Source: Rhynchobatus australiae (taxonomy: Eukaryota). Taken from it: a stretch of 64,000 nt of DNA. The stretch covers positions 38,365,385-38,429,384 of the forward strand of contig JAUZTB010000076.1 in NCBI GenBank assembly GCA_034780895.1, given 5' to 3'. Each line of letters opens with the position of its first letter. Position 1 is the first letter of the stretch. Shown piece by piece: positions 26,181 to 37,470 of the stretch. Position numbers and translations under genes: made by a program. The notes under the pieces are model-generated. The model ran no database searches. It was given only the letters and a program-made list of their open reading frames with translations, and was not told the origin of the DNA.

Positions 26181-27409
26181 TTAAAACATCCCTAACCTTC
26201 ACGTAAAAAAGAACATGCAGTCTTCAAAGTATCATGTCTATGTAAGGAAGCAGGTTGCTTAATGACACTTCTACCAATACTCAATTTCCTAGTACATCCA
26301 GTACCCGCCAAAATATCTTCACCTTCCTTCCGAAATTGTCCCTGCTAGTCTACAGCACCAGACCTATCGTAGAACTGTCAGGTCAGGCCTAAAGGTCCAG
26401 CTGAGGATCGCCCAAGTCATCTTTGTGAATCTGACAAAGACAATTACAGGCAGACTGCTCCCCATGATCTGACCCGAAGGCTGAAGCCAGTGATGGTGTA
26501 CGTGGTGTAAAATAAGTATTAGTTGAAATGCAGAAAGAATAACAACTAGAAACATAGAGAATACTGGGCAAGCCCAACAGGTCAGGCAGCATCTGCAGAG
26601 ACTAATTGATTTATGTCAAGACCAGAAAGGGATTGAAAAGAAAAGTAAAACTGCAAGTGCTGGAAATCTGAAATGAAAAACAGAAAACGGTCACCAGGCT
26701 AGGCACCATGCAGACAGAAACCAGAGCACATGCATCAGGGAGACATACAACACCAGTCCCTGCCACCATCGTATGAAATAATTCACCCGAAACTCTAACC
26801 CTGCCCTTCCACCACTGATTGGCTGCCACAAACAAAGTTTCAGCACCTCCAAATACATACAAATCTGCATCAACCATCTTGGTCTCCTACCACAGACATT
26901 CCCTTTCTCCTCTCCATCTCTCTGCCAAGTTTAAATATGCCTGTTTTTAAAGAAAAATTCCTAGTTCTGAAGTTCATTGAGCTCAAATGCCAACTGTTTC
27001 TCTTTCTATAGATGCTGCCTGACCTGAGTATTTCCAGCATGTTCTTTTTTATTTCAGATTTCCAACACCTGCATTTTTCTACTGACACCTATTTTTAATA
27101 GTAATTTAGTTTTATACATGCTGCACATTTTAATTATTATTTTTTATTAATTCATTAATTGTGCCACAAAATTTAAGATAACTGAAAACTTTTTAATGTG
27201 GTAACCAATTCCCTTACACTGGTAAACATCTTTTATTGCATCTTACACAATGGCATTTTTGCTGAGATTAGCAATTGGCTGATGTTAATTTTGACTATGG
27301 GTTTATTTTGCCTTGGATAAAAATGTCAGGAATATAGGTGCCAGTCTTGGATATCGCGAATAAGTCAATTTTTTGGTTTGACGCCAGTTTTCTCATCAAT
27401 CTAGACATA

Positions 27410-28020
27410 ACAGGGTGGTGAAGGCGTATGGCATGCTTGCCTTCATCGGTCAGGACACAGAGTACAAGAGTTGGAGTCACATTACAACTGTACAAGACAT
27501 TAGCGAGACTGCACTTGGAAGTACTGTGTACAGTTCTGGTTGCCTTGCCATCAGAAGAATGTGATTAGGCTGGAGAGGATGTAGAAAAGATTCACAAGGT
27601 CATTGCCGGGATTGAAGGGCTTGAGTTATAAAGAGACACTGGATAGGCTGGGACTGTTTAGTCTGGAGCAAAGAAAACCGATAAGGTGGATGGTCACAGT
27701 CTTTTTCCCCTAGGGTAGAGAAGTCTAAAACTAAAGGGGATGGGTTTAAGATGAAAGAGGAAAGGTTTAAAGGGGATCTGAGGATCAAGTTTTTTTTTCA
27801 CACAGAGGGTGGTGGATATATGGCATGAACTGCCAGAGGAAGTGATAGAGATGGGTACAATGACAGCATTTACAAGACATTTGGACAGGTTCATGGATAG
27901 AAAAGGTCTAGAGGGATATGGGCCAAATGCAGACAAATAGGACTAGCTCAGGTAGGCATCTTGATCAGCATAGATGAGTTGAGCCGAAGAGCCTGTTTCT
28001 ATGCTGTACAACTATGACTA
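27410..28020 (+). mobile_element. CR1 LINE 3' fragment
   Basis: aaggcgtatggcatgcttgccttcat..gtactgtgtacagttctggt.. and tail ctgtacaactatgacta. Confidence 0.9.
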
Positions 28021-29244
28021 TTTTCCTGTCTACTTGACCATGTACATAATTTAGTGCATCAGCAAATTTCCATTTGGCTATTTTTAAAATCAAAATTATT
28101 GTGTTAGGAGTAAATTATGTCTCCTCCCAATGGCTCCTGATCCATTCCAATCTCTTACATTCCATTACCCCCCAAATCCATAGATCTATGATCTATATGA
28201 CCATAGACCTCAATGATTATTTATCAAACTAGTAGCTCATCACCTTGGAATACTGTTATTTTCTATTAGATTAGTGTAGTAAATCTACCAATAAAGGATT
28301 TCTCAATATAAATGCGATGAAGTTGATAACCATTACTTGATGTAGTTGCAGTGGGAAAGGAAAGATTATAGCCCCTATGACTGTATTCCCAAATTAATAT
28401 TACAAAATATGCCTTTTGTTAGTCTAAGGAATTAAGTGACACATCTATGGAAGTAGATGTGTGGCACGAGGCATAAAGATCCTGCTTGTTTGAATCATAT
28501 TTTGACTATCAGCTTGATCTCTGACAACAAGAAGCTAAGATGTTGGAACAAATAACCAAGGTCACAGCATACATATCAGGTTCGTAAAAATATTTTGCTC
28601 TGATCAAACAAATGCAAAGATCTTTTGAGATTAGTTATAAATCCATGACAGCTATGGTCATTTGGAAGTAGTGTTGCCTCCAAAGATTCCATGCTCAAAT
28701 CCCTATTTGTTGAATTATACAGTAAGCTGAGACCCCGTTAGGATATGAGTGATCTTATGGCATCAAAGGCAGCCTGCAAGCTCTCCAAAAGTCCATGACA
28801 ACATTTATCTATGACAAATTATCGCATTGCTTTCTGACAATAACTGCGCACAAACTGACTGCGGCGTTTCCTATACTTCAAGATAGAATCAATTTTTAAC
28901 CAAAGTCATACTCCTACTCCTAAATAATTTTCCCCTATATTTTAAAACAAACAATGTAAAACAAACAAGAATCCATGAAAAAGTCCCATAACTGCCTCGA
29001 CCAATACAACAGGTCTAATGGAGTTCTTCTGCATTGTAAACTAACTACAATTCTAGATCCAACACAGACTCTCATGCATTAAATACTAACATGAAGTGAC
29101 TGGGCTGAATGGCCTGCTCGTATTGTTCTACTGAAATTCCATATATTACAGAATCAAAGGATTGCCTTTTATCAGTCCCTTGCTATTTTACATACATTCT
29201 GTACCTAATCTATAGATTATCAAATGTGGTCTATATAGTCAAAT

Positions 29245-30273
29245 GAGACTGGATTGGATTCAAAATTGGTTTAGCCCACAGAGGGTAGTGGTGAAGGGGT
29301 GTTATTCTGACCTGTGGTGTGCTCTGGGGATCAGTGCTGGGATCTCTTGTTTGTAATATATATGACTTGAGCTAATATTTAGAGAGACTGATTAGTAAGT
29401 CTGCAGATGCCACAAAATTGGTAGAGTTTTGGGATAGTGAAGCAGGATATAGATCAGCTGCAAACATGGGTGGAGAAATGGCAGATGGAGTTTAATCCAG
29501 GCTAGTGTACAGTGTTGCACTTTGGGAAGTCAAATGTAAGGTATACAGTGAATGGCAGAACCTTTAGGAGCTTTGACGTACAAAGAGATCTTATGGTCCA
29601 AATCCATAACTCCTTGAAAGTGGCAAAGCAAGTAGATAGGGTCATAAAAAAGGCATATGGCATGCTTGCCTTCATTGGTTGCGGCTTAAGAGTATAAAAA
29701 TTGGTATGTGATGCTGAAGATGTACAAAACTTTGGTTTGGCCACATTTGTGTCCAGTTCTGCTTGCCACATTATAGGAAGGATGTGGAGACTGTGGAGAG
29801 GGTGCAGGAGAGGTTCACCAGGATGTCACCTGGATTAGAGGGCATTAGCTACAAGAAGGGGTTGGACAAAGTTGTATTGTTTTCTCTGCAGCAGAGGATG
29901 AGGGGGAGAACTGATAGAGGTTAATAAAATTATGAGAGGCACAAATAGGGTAGATAATCAGTCTTTTCCTCAGGGTAGAAATGTCAAATACTATAGGACA
30001 GAGGTTTAAGGTGAGAGGGTGTAAGTTTAAAGGAAATGTGTGGGTTAAGTCTTTTTTAAAAAAAACAGTGAGTGTTAAGTGTCTGGAATGCACCGTCAGA
30101 GGTAGTGGTGGAAGCAGACGTGAGTGGTGTTTAAGAAGCATTTAGACAGGCACATGAACGTGTAGGGAATGGAGTGATAATGGATCATGTGGAGGCAGAT
30201 AGGTTTAGTTTAATCATGGCCAGCACGGACATTGTGGGCCAAAGGGCCTTTTCCTGTGCTGTTCTATGTTCTA
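29245..30273 (+). mobile_element. CR1 LINE 3' fragment
   Basis: LHFGKSN..QRDLMVQIHNSLKVAKQVDRVIKKAYGMLAFI; tail gttctatgttcta. Confidence 0.9.
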
Positions 30274-31342
30274 AATTCTCTCCATCAATTTATAATCTAA
30301 AATTGTATATAAACCTACTAGATGAAGACACACCAAGGCTACTGAGTGTTAAGCATTACAATAACCACCACCGTGCTGAAAACAGATCAGAGGGTCCAAT
30401 GTCATAAAGAACTATTTATGCTCCTGTTTTGAACAGTTTGAATACTTAAATTACACTGCTAGTTTGTATTCATAGCCAAGAATCCAATATCCTTTATCCA
30501 GGTACTTCATCTACTACTTTCCACATTGTTCGAATATAGTTAATAGTGAGACCTTTATCCTCATTCCACTAATTTGGAATATGTCTATTAAATTAACTGA
30601 TCTTAAAAAAAAGGTAATCTTGTAACTTTTGTATTATGATTAAGATTTTAAGCAATTGATTAATTCAATGCAGAATGAATTATATAAAGCACATTCCTAC
30701 TTATTAATTTGTAATATATTTACTTAGACAAACTTCATGTATACTTTACAATAGGAAACTAAAATCACCCTTAAAAAGAAAGCATTTTCCTATAATTTTC
30801 TTCTCTTTGAAAAATAATAGAATTATTTAAGTGAATTTACTGATGCATACAATATAACAAACAGCAATTTAAATTAACATCTTTAGCCATGAGTAAACAA
30901 GACACAGAATTAATGTTTCAAATGAATCACCATTTATAAGTTCCATTGAACAGTCACAGACCTGAAATATTAACTGTTTCTTCCTATTTCCAACATTTTC
31001 TGTTTTTATTAACAATGCAACAGGGATAGAGGGTTTAAAGCAATAGAATGATCAAGGGAAACACAAATCCCAGCAAAAATTTAAACTGCAATTAATTTAG
31101 ACCGAAAAACTTAACAATTGTTAAACTGTTTAATGTAACATAAATAAAGTAAATGAAAAAAGTGGATTGTATGAAGGATTGATTTTGAAACAAAAATATA
31201 TTCCACTAGTAATCTGTATTAGGAATTATGATCTATCCCCAAAGATGGTTAAGTAACTAAGAGGGGAAATTCACAACTTTTAACAAATCTGTAACTTTTC
31301 ATAAATGTAAAATTAGGATAAGGAAGTCACTCTACATTCTCA

Positions 31343-31597
<255 letters not shown>

Positions 31598-31936
31598 TTA
31601 CTTCTCAACATAGTTAACAACCTTCAGCCTTAGATTCTGCTTAAGTGATATTTAATAGAAATCATCATCTTTGTATTTCAACATTGATTTGATTCTACAA
31701 TCCCAATTATAGGAAATTTTCTATCAAAAATCTACTGGATTACATGTTCAAAGCAACCCGTTTTTGACAGTCTCTAGCTTTGGATGTACACACAATCCTC
31801 CATTGACTATTTCTAACTAATTTGCTTGAAAAAATTTGTGTAATTTGCAAGACTAGCTATTTCCACAACAGATCGCAATGTAACTGAAAACTTTATCATA
31901 AGCACAGACCTTAAGGAATGTTTACATTTACTCTAC

Positions 31937-31961
31937 CTGGGCTTGAGCTTCCAATGGAAGG
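31937..31961 (-). CDS. MIER1: MIER1 exon 2 (25-nt microexon, PSIGSSSP-G)
   Basis: ttcacag|CCTTCCATTGGAAGCTCAAGCCCAG|gtagag; resembles human PSVESSSPG; phase 0 to 1 fits both neighbours. Confidence 0.9.
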
Positions 31962-32793
31962 CTGTGAATTAAAATAAAATTAAAAAGATTCAAAATAAAT
32001 TCACTGATAGTCATTTAAAAAAACAAAAATCTATATCGAAAGTCTTAAATGGCACTTTAAACAGTTACAAATAACGCGGACACTACATTAAGAAATATTC
32101 ACAAACCGCTACCGCTCTGGGAAGTAATGTTTAGAGGCAATAATAAATATACAAAGGTGGAAAGTTAGCCGGCTGACNNNNNNNNNNNNNNNNNNNNNNN
32201 NNNNNNNNNNNNNNNNNNNNNNNNNNNNNNNNNNNNNNNNNNNNNNNNNNNNNNNNNNNNNNNNNNNNNNNNNNNNNACTGGGTGGGTTACAAGGAAAGT
32301 TTGTTTAATGGCAAGCCGCTGCTGGCGGACTTTTGCACCGAACCTGGAACGAAGTAAAAATAAAGAAATTTGAAAGTGAACGTGATAAATGCTGCAACTC
32401 GAGTACTTTATTTGAAAATATTTCAGGGAAAACGCAGCATTTTACTTTTTTAAATTGTTTTAGTGACGAATTCCAAGAGAGAGGGAAAACCCTCAAGGCC
32501 TAGCGGATACGAACGGAACTTCAACATGGGGGAAAGGCGCGCCGCGCAGCCCGGCTCCGGCTCGGCGCCCAGTCACATCTCCACAACTTAATAATATTTA
32601 ACCCAAAGAAAAACGCAAAGTTCATCATTTAAACGATTGGTCTTTAAAATTGCATTTTTCTTTATAAAATAGAATCTGACTGGAATTCAGACTCCTGATA
32701 CCCAAGTTTGAGAATAAACATCAAAGGAAAGGTTTAAAAAATGAACTTTTTATGCTCCCTGAACAGCCAAGTATGTTGACGGGTCCGCCTTAC

Positions 32794-32802
32794 CTCCGCC
32801 AT
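32794..32802 (-). CDS. MIER1: MIER1 coding exon 1 (MAE start)
   Basis: Minus strand reads AAAATGGCGGAG|gtaagg: ATG GCG GAG = MAE followed by a canonical donor, within the CpG island. Matches the MAE N-terminus of vertebrate MIER1. Confidence 0.9.
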
Positions 32803-32805
32803 TTT
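32796..32805 (-). promoter_or_regulatory. YY1 motif overlapping the MIER1 start codon
   Basis: CCGCCATTTT (minus strand AAAATGGCGG) is the YY1 consensus, which often overlaps start codons of broadly expressed genes. Confidence 0.55.
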
Positions 32806-33123
32806 CTAATTTCGGGTCGGAGAGTGAGGTCATTACTTGACCCGGATGTTCTCCCTATCCCGCCTCCCTCCCCCAAGCCGCGACGTAATGAATTCGCTGA
32901 TTGGATGCGAGGGGCACTTGGCTCCGAAGTGTAAAGGGGTCTCCCCCGGGCGCACTTCGCCCTTCTTGGCGGCTCGGCGACGCTTTCTTTAGTCAGTCAG
33001 CTGCAACTGTGTCCAAAACGTCTGCATTGAAATTGCATTTAGAATGAACTGGCTCGATTTGATTGTGGACCAATCGAGTTGAACTTTCTTGCAGGTGTGG
33101 GCGGGGAAAGTGGGCGGGTCCTG

Positions 33124-33184
33124 GTAACTATGGAAACGAAACGGTGTCCCCCGCCCCCTGACAACGGCGCCGTCGCTAAGAAAC
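33124..33184. promoter_or_regulatory. Two RFX X-box-like motifs
   Basis: GTAACTATGGAAAC (33124-33137) and GTCGCTAAGAAAC (33172-33184) resemble the GTTNCCATGGNAAC X-box of ciliary gene promoters. Confidence 0.7.
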
Positions 33185-33267
33185 GGGCGAAGCAGGTTCG
33201 AGCTTCGGTGAGGGCGCCGGTCTATCTGCTTCATGCATCGTCCCGTCGGAATCACAGGAGGACGGGA

Positions 33268-33293
33268 ATGAAGAAGGTCGCCGCCACAGTATC
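33268..33293 (+). CDS. DNAI4: DNAI4/WDR78 coding exon 1 (MKKVAATV-S; an in-frame upstream ATG at 33130 is also possible)
   Basis: ATG in the CpG island followed by ATC|gtgagt. Phase 2 matches the next exon. Assigned by position and phase only, since the sequence is not conserved enough to recognise. Confidence 0.6.
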
Positions 33294-34044
33294 GTGAGTT
33301 CTGCTAAACGTTGCGGTACATTGTGGATGAAGCGTGACCGGCGGGTAGTTCTCCTGAAGGCAGTGGGCTGTCCTGAAAGTCTCTGATCTTCAGACTGTGC
33401 TCTCAGTCCCAGACCCTCATTTCAATTTACCGAGGGATACACTTTTTTTTCAGTGATGCTGTCCAAAGATTTCTAGGAGGCTGGGGTGGGTGGTAGTCCT
33501 AGACTATATATTTTTTCCTGAACTGTCTTGCGAAAATTACCATTTGAACACTCGCTTGATATTCGTAGCGGCAAGGCTGGCAGGTTTAAGCGGCTTTCCA
33601 TTTCTTTCTCTGCTGACCACTGCCTCAGCAGAAGCCGTTCAAAAAGCCATTATGGGTAACAGGAAAGGAGGATTCAAATCTGTCCATTTCCTGGTGTTTG
33701 TGTGTGTGTGTGTGGCTTTGTAAATGCTCTTAGTAGAGAAAACATAATCCTGAAATGTGTTGATGATGTCAAAATAGTTTGGCGAATATTGGGGTGTTAC
33801 CTAAGCCATTTTAGTGTGGCAACATTAGTGGATTGGATAGTTGGTAATGTACAGTTTAATGTTGAAATGTGTGAGTTAAACATCTTGGGAGGGTAAAAAA
33901 AAAGCCATGGAAATGTGCTCTCATTGATGGAAGTAAATGAAAAGTAGATGCAGTTTATTCTGCTTACCCCCACTATCTCGTCCCCCTGCAACAACATCCC
34001 CTTCATTACCATGTGAATTTGAGCAGGTGCTCGCTATTGAGGCT

Positions 34045-34555
34045 GGGATGGTAACACTAGTGTAGTAGTTAGAGTAACGCTATTACAGTGCCAGCGACCC
34101 AGGTTCAGTTCTGGCCACTGTCTGTAAGGAGTTTGTATGTTCTTCCTGTGTCGGCGTAGGTTTCCTCCGGGTGCTCCGGTTTCCTCCCACACTCCAAAAG
34201 ATGTACAGGTTAGGAGTTATGAGCACTCTATGTTGGCGCCGGAAGAGTGGCGACACTTGCGGGCTGCCCCCAGAACACTCAGTAACGCAAAAAGATGCAT
34301 TTCACTGTGTGTTTCGATGTACATCAGCCTCTTCTACATCTCGCCTCTCAGCTTATNNNNNNNNNNNNNNNNNNNNNNNNNNNNNNNNNNNNNNNNNNNN
34401 NNNNNNNNNNNNNNNNNNNNNNNNNNNNNNNNNNNNNNNNNNNNNNNNNNNNNNNNGTTTCCTCCCACATTCCAAAGACATACAGGTTAGGAAGTTGTGG
34501 GCATGCTATGTTGGTGCCGGAAGCGTGGCGACATTTGCAGACTGCCCCAGAACAC
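34045..34555 (+). mobile_element. tRNA-derived SINE copies flanking a gap
   Basis: A/B-box-like head (tagtgtagtagtta..ccaggttcagttc) and core ggtttcctcccacac; the core repeats after the gap. Confidence 0.7.
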
Positions 34556-34987
34556 AAAAGATATCTTGTCTTATCTTCTTATCAAATATTAATTCAGGAG
34601 AACCCCCTGCTTTTCTTCCAATGGATTCTTTTATGTTCACCAGAGAAAGCAGACAGGGTGTTGATTTAATATTTCATCCAAAGGGCTGTATATCTAATGG
34701 TAGAGTACACCAACACTGTCTCTGAAAAATCCTCCAAATTTATTGGAAAGGCAAACAAACCAATATTTGTGCCCACTTCCAGGTGAACTTCCCAGTACTG
34801 AGGACCTAGTTACACTCAGTCATTTCCATTGGGCAAGTCAAATTGATGGCAAAACCCTTGAAACAGACATTCCCTTTCAAGCTCTATCATGGCAGATTAC
34901 CAGATAGACATGTTCAAGGATGTGTTTAAAGCCTTCCTGAAAAATATAACATCCCCACCAGCTCCCAGTGCGGAAGTCAGTCTGCGC

Positions 34988-35428
34988 TGTAATAAAGCAG
35001 ACAACAACAGAACCAAGGCGTGTGCAATAAGTGCTTTATTGTTTAACACTAGCGGGAGTGAGGGATACAGAGAAAGTGTAAACAGTGTAACCCAAGCTCT
35101 GCACTGATCCCCACTCAGAGATTTGCAGGTTAGTATCCTACCTTTTATACTTAATCCGTGGGAAGTTGCACGTGCTTGGGTAATTGTTTACAGCAAGCTT
35201 TTAGCAAAACAAGATATGTCTTAAGCACTTCTTTGTTTCTCACCAGCACCTGTACATTTTACAGTCATAACTAGTCACATCATGGTTGAGGCAATAGTCA
35301 CACCATTAACCCTTACATTGCCAGCCATTAACCCTTGCATTTCCAGCCATCTTTTACGTGTGACTAATAAATAACTATCTTATTTTAATGATAGCAGGAG
35401 ATCCATGGGTGAGTGGTGAATCACCACA
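34988..35428 (-). mobile_element. Candidate solo LTR
   Basis: TG..CA termini with an imperfect inverted repeat (TGTGGTGA / TTATTACA). On the minus strand a TATAAAAGG (~35141-35149) precedes an AATAAA (~35035-35040). Short internal tandem repeat; no clear target-site duplication. Confidence 0.45.
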
Positions 35429-35721
35429 GATTGCTAGTTCTAGCTGATTAAGTTCAAAAGATTTAAGTGTCTTAGGAACCAGTTCCTGGTGTAAGTAATT
35501 AGAGGTATGAAGTGGGATAGTGAAATGTCAGATTGAATAGAATAAATTCCACAGAAACAGGAGATTTAGAGGTTTAATGAAGGATTTTTGTTAGTGAGTC
35601 AATTGTGGGATGTGGGGGTGTCATTAGTGCTTTCAGTTGTTTCTTGATATTGTGAACAGAGAAAAACATTGGCTTGAACTGACTTCTGTGATGGAGGGGA
35701 TCTGATGACAAATCCGAGAAG

Positions 35722-37470
35722 CATAGAGTAATCCAGCACAGAAACAGGTTCTTCGGCTCAACTGGTCCATGCCAACCACAGCATATTCCCTGCTCGTTCC
35801 AGTTGCCTGCGTTCGGCATAATCTTGCCCTGCCCTGCTCTGTTGCAATTGTACCTGCCTTGACCACTTTCTCTGGCAGCTCATGCCAGGTACTCACTACC
35901 CTCTGTATAGTTTCCTCTTGGGTCTCTTTTAAATCTCTTATCTTGTATCTGTGCCCTCTTGTTTTGGATTCCCCAACCCTGTGGAAAAGAATATGACCAT
36001 CCACCTTATCCATACTCCTCATGACTTTATAAACTTCTGTGAGGTTACCCCTCATTTTCCTACATTCCAAGGAATAAAGATCCAGGGTGGCCAACTTCTC
36101 CCTATAACCCAGGCCCTCTAGTCCAGGTAGCATCCTCGTAAATCTCTTCTGCATCCTCCCCAGCTTGACAGTGTCTTTCCTCAACAAGGTGACCAAAACT
36201 GTAAACAATACTCCAAGTACAACCTCACCAATGACTTGTGTAACTGCAACATAATGTCCCTACTCCTAAACTTGATGCCCTGACTGATAAAGGTTAGAAT
36301 GCTAAACGGCTTCTGCACCACCCTGTCTACTTGTGCAGCCACTTTCAGCGAAATGTGCATTTGTATTTGCAGGTCCCTCTGTTCCACAACACTTGTCAGT
36401 GCCCTGCCATTCACTGTACAAGTCCTATCCTGGTTTGAGTGTCCAAAGTGTATTACCTCACACTTACCTAAGTTGAAATTAATTTGCCATTCCTCAGCCC
36501 ATCTCCCTAACTGATCAAGATCTCTTTGCAATTCATTGTAACCTCCTTCACTATCAACAAGATCCCCTGATTTGGTATCATCAGCAAATTTGCTAATCAT
36601 GCCATGTACATTCATATCCAAATCATTTACATAATGAATAACAGAGGTCCGAACACTGACTCCTGGGGCACCCCACTAGTCACAGGTCTCTAGTCAGAGA
36701 ATCGACCTTCAACCATCACCCTCTGCTTCCTGTCATCAAGCCAATTCTGAATCCTGTTGGCTAGCTGCCCCTGAATCCCATGCAACCTAATCTTCCAGAT
36801 CAGCCTGCCATGTAGTACCTTTGCAAAGTCCTTACTGAAGTCCATGTACACAACATCCACTGCCCTGCCTTCATCTACCCTCTTAGTTACTTCTTCAAAA
36901 AATTCCAAAAGATTCATCAGACATGACCTCCCATGCACAAAACTATTCTGACTATTCCTGATTAGGTCTCGACTATCCAAGTGATGGTAGATCTTGTCGC
37001 TCAGAATTCTCTCCACTAACTTCCCTACAACTGAAGTCAAACTCACTGGCCTATAGTTCCCTGGCCTGTCCTTGCTACCCTTCTTGAACAATGGAACAAC
37101 ATTAGCCACCCTCCAGTCTCCTGGAACTTCGCCAGTGGCTAACGAAGAAGCCAATATCTCTACGAGGGCCTCTGATTTCTTCCCAGGCCTCCCATAAGGT
37201 CCAGGGATGCACTTGGTCAGGCCCTGGGGATTTTCAAACTTTAATGCACTTCAAGGCTGTAAATACTTCCTTCCTCATAATGAGACCTCGCTACCTATTA
37301 CCCTGATTTCTTGGTATCCGTGGTATTCTCCTTAGTAAATACTGAGGAGAAATAGACATTAAAAATCTCAGTCATCTCCTCACATTGGCAGCTCCTGTGG
37401 TTTTTAAGAGGACTTAGTCTTTCCCCACTCATCCTTTTAATGTTGATATAACTGAAGAGCCTCTTGGGAT
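35722..37470 (-). mobile_element. CR1 LINE ORF2 (reverse transcriptase), frameshifted
   Basis: DWRVANVVPLFKKG..PGNYRPVSLTSVVGKL; VDVVYMDFSKDF; ISKFADDTK; LEYCLQFWSP. Stops and frameshifts throughout. Confidence 0.95.

Larger units (their letters stand above)
32070..33350. promoter_or_regulatory. CpG island / bidirectional MIER1-DNAI4 promoter
   Basis: The only strongly CpG-rich stretch in the window, lying between divergent start codons. Contains ATTGG (32900-32904), CCAAT (33070-33074), GC boxes (33099-33106, 33112-33118) and ETS-like CCGGATGT (32842-32849). Confidence 0.88.

Noticed and set aside
35633-37154. Reverse transcriptase ORFs as a novel RT system
   Set aside because: Ordinary frameshifted CR1 ORF2 with several sibling copies in the window.
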